Assembly (NCBI GenBank): GCA_035632515.1
Contig: DASQGR010000149.1
Span: forward strand, 1-49,343
Reading direction: 5' to 3'
DNA length: 49,343 bases
DNA from: Stellaceae bacterium
GTDB lineage: Bacteria > Pseudomonadota > Alphaproteobacteria > ATCC43930 > CGMCC-115725
Made by a program: the position numbers and the translations under genes. The notes under the pieces were generated by a model. The model saw only the letters and a program-made list of their open reading frames with translations. It was not told the origin of the DNA and did no database searches. This document shows, one piece after another, positions 44,001-49,343 of the stretch (positions are counted from its first letter, which is position 1; every line of letters begins with the position of its first letter).

Positions 44001-44821
44001 ACCAGGAGCCGCGCAACAACTTCTTCACCCGGGCGCTGACCTGGAACGAGAACGGCATCCTTAACGGAGCCCGCTACCTGACCATCGCCGGGACCAAGTT
44101 CTACGTCACCGCCGATGCCGGCATCGTCGAGCTCGACATGGACGACCCGCTGCATCCCAAGCTCGTCGCGGTGATCCCCATCCGCGATGCCCGGGCGACA
44201 GTGGTGCAATTCCGCTATCTGTTTGTCGTCGGCGCCAGCGGGCTGGAAGTCGTCGACGTCACCAACCCGGCCCGGCCGGTGGTGGTGCCGGGCGCGCGCG
44301 TGCCGCTCGCCGATGCGCGGCGCATCTTTGTCGCTCGCACCTATGCCTATATTGCCGATGGCCGCGACGGGCTGGCGATCGTCGATGTCGAGCGGCCGGA
44401 CCACCCGTTCCTCAAGATGCAGTACACCGCCGACGGCAAGATCACCGACGCGCGCGATGTGGTCGTCGCCTCGACCAATGCCTCGCTCTTTGCCTATGTC
44501 GCCGACGGGGTGAATGGGCTCAAGGTGATCCAGTTGCTCTCGCCGGTCAGCCAGCCCAATTTCTACGGCTTTTCGCCGGAGCCGAAACCGGAGCTGATCT
44601 CGTGGTACCCGACCGCCTCGCCGGCGCTGTCGTTGTCGCGCGGGCTCGAGCGCGACCGCGCGGTCGACGAGACCGGACACCAGATCGCGGTATTTGGCCG
44701 CATCGGCTCGCGCCCGTTCACCCTCAAGGAAATGCAGCAGCTCTATATGGGCCCTGACGGCAAGCCGTTCACTGTCACCGATCAGGTGCAAAAGCAGGAC
44801 TTCGTGCCGGCGCGGCATTAA
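41042..44821 (+). CDS. secreted decahaem c-type cytochrome with a C-terminal LVIVD-repeat beta-propeller region
   Basis: 1259 aa with Sec signal MSLRALIVAGLMAWAGVFVAPSLARA. Ten widely spaced CxxCH motifs have first Cys at aa 56, 78, 155, 327, 384, 520, 547, 657, 668 and 774. aa ~865-1165 (nt 43634-44536) carry LVIVD-type repeats (YLFVSEGSNGTRAYDV, YAYITDSVEGLILTNV, FYVTADAGIVELDM, YLFVVGASGLEVVDV, YAYIADGRDGLAIVDV, FAYVADGVNGLKVIQL). Confidence 0.85.
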   Translation: MSLRALIVAGLMAWAGVFVAPSLARAEESPAAHEESAPPAPQKQSEAAARLKSAGCMSCHTATDSVTMHTSPGVVLGCADCHGGNAAVFAQGAAPGTPEYRKALDAAHVHPLHPEAWNYPSSVKPPRTYTLLNKESPAFIRFMNPSDYRVAREACGACHLKEIAANERSPMATTAMFWAAGAYNNGILPFKHSIVGEAYTREGEPATLLDPNPPSPEASRLHGIEPKFVPLPTWEVFPTGDVFRVFERGGRTINTQFPEIGNPNSTGELQKLEEPGRPDLKQSNRGPATGLRVSIPILNITKTRLNDPTTWFLGTNDNPGDYRNSGCAACHVVYANDRDVQEGGPYAAYGNRGTGAGIDPTIRKGESGHPIVHRMTTAIPTSQCMICHMHQPNLFLNSMLGYTMWDYETGAPQMWPKRQKYPTDTEMRAALERNPEGAVVRGRWADPEFSANVNELNPKLNDTQFADYHGHGWNFRAIFKRDRKGNLLDDDNNIIPASDPQKFKKAVHLDSIHVDFGMQCVDCHFSQDNHGTGHLHGEIQGAIEITCADCHGTATKLPDLKTHGPAAPPRGTDMSALRTADGRARFEWRGDKLFQRSAVYPGLEWQVTLVKDTVTPGNPHYNPRAARAKLMSKGNSMAWGPGVPTNQLAHGSDEMACYTCHLSWTTSCAGCHLPIEANQHTERHRYEGETTRNFATYNPQVAREDMFQLGRHSTVKNNIIAPIASRSALVLSSTNINREHIYVQQPPVSSSGFSAQAFSPHYPHTERRTETKTCTDCHISAQNDNNAIMAQLLLLGTNFVNFVGLNSWVGEEHDIEAVRVTEWDEPQAVIGSYLHRYAYPDYYKKHLAEGRKLEEAHGHASNDAKCLQLRGEYLFVSEGSNGTRAYDVASIANKGVSERIITAPFSALGHDTHIASKNATCVVLPTDQPINPLRNAGKNEALDFSQDYGPVMRGANEEQVMHPIYNYAYITDSVEGLILTNVNTLQDQEPRNNFFTRALTWNENGILNGARYLTIAGTKFYVTADAGIVELDMDDPLHPKLVAVIPIRDARATVVQFRYLFVVGASGLEVVDVTNPARPVVVPGARVPLADARRIFVARTYAYIADGRDGLAIVDVERPDHPFLKMQYTADGKITDARDVVVASTNASLFAYVADGVNGLKVIQLLSPVSQPNFYGFSPEPKPELISWYPTASPALSLSRGLERDRAVDETGHQIAVFGRIGSRPFTLKEMQQLYMGPDGKPFTVTDQVQKQDFVPARH

Positions 44822-44867
44822 CCTTTCCGAGGTTTCCGCTCGCTGCCAAACTGCGCTACCGTGCCTC

Positions 44868-45572
44868 ATGGATCGGCGTTTGTTTCTATCCTTGCTGGGT
44901 GCGGCATTGGCGTCGCCGTCGGTGTCACAGGCCCAACCGGCCGCTCCACGATTGCGCCGACTGAAACTGGTCAACGCCCATACCGGCGAGACCTTCAACG
45001 GACCCTATCGCGACGATGGCGGCCCGATCGCTGCGGCGATGGAGGACCTCTCCGCCTTCTTGCGCGACCATCATTCCGGCGAGACGATCGACTACGATGT
45101 CGGGGTCATCGATTTTCTCGCCGGGGTGATGGAGGCGGTCGGCGCCGGCCAGGCGACGATCCTTTCGGCCTATCGCACCCGGGCGACCAACCAGATGCTG
45201 GCGCGCACCACGTTCGGCGTCGCCGACAACAGCCAGCACATCTACGGCCGCGCGCTCGACATCTACCTGCCGGTGCGGCTCGATACCGCAATGGAGGTGG
45301 CGCGGGCGATGCAGCGCGGCGGTGTCGGCTGGTATCCGGATTCGCACTTCATGCACCTCGACAGCGGGCCGGTGCGCAACTGGACCCTGGGCGGCGAAGG
45401 GTTCGAGCGTTTGTTGCTCGAGTTGCGGCGGATCATCGCCAAGGGCGACCTCTCGGTGACGCCCAAGGGTGAGTTGCGGGTCGGCGACGAGCAGCGGCCG
45501 CTATCGGCAAAAGAGCGGTTGGCCCTGCACCGCCTCCTCAGCAAGGCCGAGGCGGCTGTCGCCTCTCACTGA
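44868..45572 (+). CDS. DUF882 / YcbK(MepK)-like peptidase M15 family protein with a Tat signal
   Basis: MDRRLFLSLLGAALASPSVSQA carries a twin-arginine motif. SQHIYGRALDIY (HxxGxAxD) and SHFMHLD are metal-ligand motifs typical of DUF882. Confidence 0.8.
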   Translation: MDRRLFLSLLGAALASPSVSQAQPAAPRLRRLKLVNAHTGETFNGPYRDDGGPIAAAMEDLSAFLRDHHSGETIDYDVGVIDFLAGVMEAVGAGQATILSAYRTRATNQMLARTTFGVADNSQHIYGRALDIYLPVRLDTAMEVARAMQRGGVGWYPDSHFMHLDSGPVRNWTLGGEGFERLLLELRRIIAKGDLSVTPKGELRVGDEQRPLSAKERLALHRLLSKAEAAVASH

Positions 45573-46054
45573 GGCTTCGTCTCGGGGGCGGCGGTGCGGG
45601 AGAGCTTTAGCGTCACTTCGCCCGCGGGCGATGCCAGCACCACCTGGTCCTGGGCGACGATTTTGACCGTCCAGCCGTCGAGCGTGTCGCCCTCGCCAAT
45701 TTCCATGCGCCGCGTGCCTTCCGCGACAAAGGCATGCCGCTTCGCGCCGGTGCCGACGATCCCGAGCAGGCGATAGCGGCTGTCGATCGACGGACCGGCG
45801 GGCGCGACGGAAACCCCGGGCGGCGCCTGTCGCGACGGAGCAAAAAGCGGGCGCTCGACGATCGCGGCAAGGCTGGCGAGGGGCGGCAGCGCCGCGAGCG
45901 CCGGCGGCGGTTTCGTCGTCTCCTGGGTGGCGGCGTGCCGGTTCGACGGGGTCGGCGGCACCAGCCAGGGCCAGACGGCGAGGGCGGCGAATAGCGCCGT
46001 TGCCAGGCCGAGCAGCGAAGCGGGCCGCAGTGCCGGCAATTTCGCCGCGATCAC
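45566..46054 (-). CDS. gspN: type II secretion system protein at the GspN position (PilP/GspC-HR-like C-terminal domain)
   Basis: GTG 46054 overlaps the gspM stop (GTGA). It has an N-terminal TM (LLGLATALFAALAVWPWLV) and a C-terminal region YRLLGIVGTGAKRHAFVAEG...GDTLDGWTVKIVAQDQVVLAS. The assignment rests mainly on gene order. Confidence 0.55.
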   Translation of the reverse strand: MIAAKLPALRPASLLGLATALFAALAVWPWLVPPTPSNRHAATQETTKPPPALAALPPLASLAAIVERPLFAPSRQAPPGVSVAPAGPSIDSRYRLLGIVGTGAKRHAFVAEGTRRMEIGEGDTLDGWTVKIVAQDQVVLASPAGEVTLKLSRTAAPETKPQ

Positions 46055-46602
46055 GGGGCCGGCTCCGTCTTGAAGCCGGCGATGTCGAGCTGGAAATCGA
46101 GCCGCGGCGCGGCTGCGCCCGGTGACGGTGCGGGCGACTGAACCTGCAGGTTGTCGGCGTAGAGCACCGGGCGCGCCGATTCGATTGCGTAGATCAGGCT
46201 GCGCAGGCCGGGCATGTCGCCGCTGGCGCGGATGCGGACGCCGATCCGGGTCGCACCGGGCAGCGCCTCGCTGCGCAGCATCTGCAATCCCTGCACCTGG
46301 ATACGGGCGGCGGTGGCGGCGCCTTTGACCGTTTCTTGCAGCATGGCCGCGGCCTGCGAATCGGGCATTTCGGGATAAAGCAAGCTCCGACCGGCCGCCG
46401 ACGGCAAGGTGGCGGGTGTGGGGCCGTCGGCGAGCGCCCGATAGCGGGCCAGTACCGCAGCCTTGGCGGCCAGCCGATCGTCGGCGGCATCGATCAGCCC
46501 GCGATAGGCGCCGACCGGCCCGAACCAGAACGCGACAATCAGCGCCGCCAGGATCGCGAGCGCCGCGGCTCGCCTCGCCGTGGCCCGGTCGGTCAGGCTC
46601 AC
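46051..46602 (-). CDS. gspM: type II secretion system protein M
   Basis: 183 aa with a GTG start. It has a single N-terminal TM followed by a periplasmic domain. Its position between gspL and gspN, with 4-nt overlaps on both sides, supports the call. Confidence 0.7.
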   Translation of the reverse strand: MSLTDRATARRAAALAILAALIVAFWFGPVGAYRGLIDAADDRLAAKAAVLARYRALADGPTPATLPSAAGRSLLYPEMPDSQAAAMLQETVKGAATAARIQVQGLQMLRSEALPGATRIGVRIRASGDMPGLRSLIYAIESARPVLYADNLQVQSPAPSPGAAAPRLDFQLDIAGFKTEPAP

Positions 46603-47675
46603 GGCTTTGTTTCCGCCAACGTTGCGCCGAGCTGGAAGTGCTCCAGCCCCGACGCCGGTTCACGCGTGATCGGGGTGCGAAAGACCACGCCGGCGACGTT
46701 GCCGCCTTTCTCCAGTGCCAGCGCCATGGTCGCCGCCGACGGCGACAGCCCATCCATGACCACCTCGCGGCCACTCACCGACAGCGATAGCAGGTACGAG
46801 CCGTCGGGAACGTCGCGGCTCAGCGCGTCGAGCACCGTGACGAGCGGGGGCCGGCCGGCACGCAGGCCGAGAACCGCGTCGCTGCGTTCGCTGTCGTGGC
46901 GCTGAGCCTCGCCGGCACGCAAAGCCGCCTCGGCACGCGGCTTCAGCACCGCCAGCTCATGCTCGATTCGGGTGAGCTGTGCCTGCTGCGCCAGCGGCCA
47001 GGACACCGCCGCCGCAACCGCCGCCAGCGCCGCCGCAAAACCCAGGCGGCGGGTGGCCGGCGATGCTGCGGCCCGGGCGCCGAGCACGGCAGCAGGCAGG
47101 AATAGCGGCTGCGAGTCGGCTCCCGCTAGCACTGCGATCCCCGCCGGCCGCAGCCCCGCCTCGGCGAGCACGGCGCCGATGCCGTCGACGACGTCGCGCG
47201 GCACCGCGACGATCTCGACCGCGATGGTCGCGCCGCCGCCATCGCCGCGCGGCACCAGCCGATGGTGGAAATAGACCCGCTTGGCCGGGAAGGGGAAATG
47301 CCGTGCGATCTCGAATTCGACGATGCGGTCGAGCTGGCCCTTTGCCCCCGCGGGGAAATCGACAATCTTACTCAGTGCCCGCTCGGGCGGGATCTCGACG
47401 ACAACGCCTCGCTGCTGCGCTGGCGGGATCAGGTTGCGCACTTGCGCCGGGTCGGCGGACTGCCAATCGACCTGGCCGATCGGCCGCTGGCCCTGGCGCA
47501 ACAGCCAATAGCGCTCGCCGGCCTCGATTGTCACCGTGCCGCGGCCCCGCGTTACCGCCCACCGCCGCAGGTCGTCGCCGCAGCCCCGCAACTCGCCCAG
47601 CCACCAGCCGAGCGCGCGGCCGATCCGGGCGGGGGGACGCGCGCTTTTCAGCGGGTTGTTTGCAGCAATCGTCAT
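46599..47675 (-). CDS. gspL: type II secretion system protein L
   Basis: 358 aa from ATG 47675. It has a cytoplasmic actin-like N-domain (IVEFEIARHFPFPAKRVYF), a central TM (LGFAAALAAVAAAVSWPL) and a periplasmic C-domain. It sits between gspK and gspM. Confidence 0.72.
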   Translation of the reverse strand: MTIAANNPLKSARPPARIGRALGWWLGELRGCGDDLRRWAVTRGRGTVTIEAGERYWLLRQGQRPIGQVDWQSADPAQVRNLIPPAQQRGVVVEIPPERALSKIVDFPAGAKGQLDRIVEFEIARHFPFPAKRVYFHHRLVPRGDGGGATIAVEIVAVPRDVVDGIGAVLAEAGLRPAGIAVLAGADSQPLFLPAAVLGARAAASPATRRLGFAAALAAVAAAVSWPLAQQAQLTRIEHELAVLKPRAEAALRAGEAQRHDSERSDAVLGLRAGRPPLVTVLDALSRDVPDGSYLLSLSVSGREVVMDGLSPSAATMALALEKGGNVAGVVFRTPITREPASGLEHFQLGATLAETKP

Positions 47676-47769
47676 GGGCGGTCGACGGCCTCGCAGCCGG
47701 AACGAAACGACCTTAAAGGAATTTCCGCCGATGCAAAATCGGTTCCGTGGCGCCGTTGCTTGCCGTTGC

Positions 47770-48708
47770 TTAAGGTGCCTGCCGCCGGGCGACGACCGCC
47801 TCGCCACCGCGATCGGCCTGCGGGGTTCGCCAGGCGACCACCTCGTAGGGGCGGGCGGGTCGATCGGTCAGGCGCACCTGCAGCTCGGCGCGAAAGCGCG
47901 CGCCCTCCGGGGTTTTCGCGGTGGCGGCGATGGTGAAATCGCGCCGCGGGCTTGCCATCACGAACGGCGCCGCGGCGGCCAGCCCGAGAGTGCCACCGGC
48001 GGAGACGGCGTCGTGCCAGCTCGCGCGGCGGTCGAGAAAATCGTCGACGAGGCTCGCGGTCGCGCCTGGGATTGCCATCAGCGCCAGACGCGGCGCCACC
48101 ATCGGGTCAATGGCGGAAGCACCGGTCGCCACGGTGATGCTGTCGGCGACGCGGTCGTAGAGCGAATCGTCGATGCCGGGAAGCTGCGCCAATTCCTCGA
48201 TCGCGGCAAAGCGGCGAGCGGCAGGCCGCGCGGCGCCAGCGCCCTCGGCCGGACCAGGGCAGTCGGCGCCCGTCTGGCCGCGCCAATCGAGGACATTGCA
48301 GGCGAGCAGTGCCGCCTCGTTGCGCGCTCGGCCGGCGGCGATGAACAGTCCGGTGAGCAATTCCTGCGAGGCGACGTTGAGGTCGATCTTGCCGGCCTCG
48401 TCGGAAATGGCGATGGCAATGTGGGTGCTGCCCTGCTGCCAGATCTCGGGGGCACCATCGAAATAGACCGTGCCGGCCTCCTTGCGGCGCAGCAGGCGGG
48501 CGAGGCCGAGCTGGGTTCCGGCCTCGGCCGCGAGCCGCGCCCGGCTGGCGCCGAGCGCATTGCGCGCCACCTGCAATTCGGTGCGGGTGGCGAAGGCGAC
48601 CGGTGCCAGCAGCATGAAGATCAGCGCGACGCCCCACAGCGCGAGGATCGCGACCGAGCCGCGCTCGCGGTTTCGCTCCGGCGCCGCTTCGCGCATCTCA
48701 GCCGGCAT
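47770..48708 (-). CDS. gspK: type II secretion system minor pseudopilin K
   Basis: 312 aa. RGSVAILALWGVALIFMLL, the DEAGKIDLN motif, and IEELAQLPGIDDSLYDRV (helix-hairpin-helix-like) are typical of GspK. Confidence 0.82.
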   Translation of the reverse strand: MPAEMREAAPERNRERGSVAILALWGVALIFMLLAPVAFATRTELQVARNALGASRARLAAEAGTQLGLARLLRRKEAGTVYFDGAPEIWQQGSTHIAIAISDEAGKIDLNVASQELLTGLFIAAGRARNEAALLACNVLDWRGQTGADCPGPAEGAGAARPAARRFAAIEELAQLPGIDDSLYDRVADSITVATGASAIDPMVAPRLALMAIPGATASLVDDFLDRRASWHDAVSAGGTLGLAAAAPFVMASPRRDFTIAATAKTPEGARFRAELQVRLTDRPARPYEVVAWRTPQADRGGEAVVARRQAP

Positions 48709-49270
48709 TCCACAGATGCACGATCAGCGGCGGTCGCGGCGCGTCGCCGGTGTCGACGATCACCTGCACCAGCAGCGGCAAGGTGCCCAGCCCCTCCCAG
48801 CGGTCATGCCAGGCAGGCTCGGCATCGGCGCCATCGGCGCCGAAATAGGTGAGGCGGAACTCGCCTATATTGGCGGCAAGGACGCTGGCGGCGGATCGCG
48901 GGTCGCCCCCCGCCACGGCCAGCCGGCGCTGCAGGATCAGGCGCCGGTCGGTCCGCGTCTTGTCGATGGCGATCTCGATGCGGTAAAGCCCGGCGCCGCT
49001 GTCCTCGGCGATCGCCAGAAAGGCAACGGCATCGGGCCGGCCGACAAAGCCGCCCGCCTGGCCCGGCACGATCGCGGCCGAGCCCAGGGTACGGCGCAGG
49101 ATGTCGTCAAGGCTGCGCTGCGCATCGAAGCGCTCGGCCTGGCGGGCGTGACGGTCGAGCCCGGTCGCGGCGAGCCGGATTCCGCCGAGCAGGATCAGGC
49201 TCACCACCGCTGTCAGCGCCAGCGCCACCAGCACCTCGACCAGGGTGAAGCCGGCCTCCCGTTTGCTCAC
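48698..49270 (-). CDS. gspJ: type II secretion system minor pseudopilin J
   Basis: 190 aa with a GTG start. It carries the prepilin N-methylation motif AGFTLVEVLVALAL and sits between gspI and gspK with overlapping stop/start codons. Confidence 0.82.
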   Translation of the reverse strand: MSKREAGFTLVEVLVALALTAVVSLILLGGIRLAATGLDRHARQAERFDAQRSLDDILRRTLGSAAIVPGQAGGFVGRPDAVAFLAIAEDSGAGLYRIEIAIDKTRTDRRLILQRRLAVAGGDPRSAASVLAANIGEFRLTYFGADGADAEPAWHDRWEGLGTLPLLVQVIVDTGDAPRPPLIVHLWNAG

Positions 49271-49343
49271 GGCGACGGTCCAAGCCGCAGGGTGGACAGG
49301 GCCAATTGCCGCTGACGATGGCCGTCGCGCCAGGCGACGCTGA
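49267..49343 (-). CDS. gspI: type II secretion system minor pseudopilin I (C-terminal fragment at the window edge)
   Basis: Hand-translated ...SVAWRDGHRQRQLALSTLRLGPSP-stop, whose TGA overlaps the GTG of gspJ (GTGA). The call is made from position and the short C-terminal pattern only. Confidence 0.55.
   Translation of the reverse strand, partial: SVAWRDGHRQRQLALSTLRLGPSP

Noticed and set aside
42014-44998. 994-aa minus-strand ORF antisense to the LVIVD decahaem gene. Similar antisense ORFs are 36935..38956 (673 aa), 39175..40821 (548 aa), 35055..36962 (635 aa), 32643..34097 (484 aa) and 33962..35263 (433 aa).
   Set aside because: All are low-complexity R/A/G/D/H-rich translations lying opposite genes with strong motif evidence (CxxCH arrays, DUF336, cNMP, Fe-S). 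I judged them to be high-G+C frame artefacts.
8286-47771. Short tandem repeats (2-3 copies at 8286, 14057, 18247, 21524, 26380-26440 and 47752) considered as CRISPR-like or minisatellite arrays
   Set aside because: Copies are directly adjacent without spacers, there are only 2-3 units of 10-19 bp, and no cas genes are present. They are not CRISPR.

Overview
This is a 49.3-kb, high-G+C (about two-thirds G+C by eye) proteobacterial-type chromosomal segment, densely coding on both strands. All family calls come from motif recognition by eye on the supplied translations and sequence; no database or HMM search was run.

- **1-18 kb:** mixed metabolism and envelope genes. These include a GMC-like flavoprotein, an aldo/keto reductase, a PAP2 phosphatase, a polysaccharide deacetylase, a GT2 glycosyltransferase, LysR plus DUF1127, a CmcJ-like oxidoreductase, a quinone oxidoreductase, an amidohydrolase, cydABX, an acyl-CoA-dehydrogenase-like flavoprotein, and a molybdenum hydroxylase large subunit with a MoaD/ThiS-like GG protein.
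- **18.1-21.6 kb:** a visibly lower-G+C patch. It holds an orphan Flp pilin, a Crp/Fnr regulator, small hypothetical ORFs and decayed two-component regulator fragments, and it ends at a tRNA-Thr(UGU).
- **21.7-31.5 kb:** assorted enzymes, including a degenerate tetrapyrrole-methylase-like protein plus hemD behind an AT-rich promoter island.
- **31773-44821 (the standout):** a translationally coupled six-gene operon.
  - A TrxR-type flavoprotein fused to two cNMP-binding domains and a four-cluster ferredoxin.
  - A 5-TM protein with two H-x13-H pairs.
  - An FHA-TM-decaheme cytochrome c.
  - A tandem GlcG/DUF336 probable lipoprotein.
  - A large outer-membrane beta-barrel-like protein.
  - A 1259-aa decaheme cytochrome with C-terminal LVIVD repeats.
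- **Downstream of the operon:** a Tat-signal MepK/DUF882-like peptidase and a convergent type II secretion block (gspI-N).

I read the operon as a candidate uncharacterised cytoplasm-to-surface electron-transfer system. No rRNA, CRISPR array, transposase, integrase or phage gene was recognised. At least two otherwise intact genes carry apparent frameshifts.
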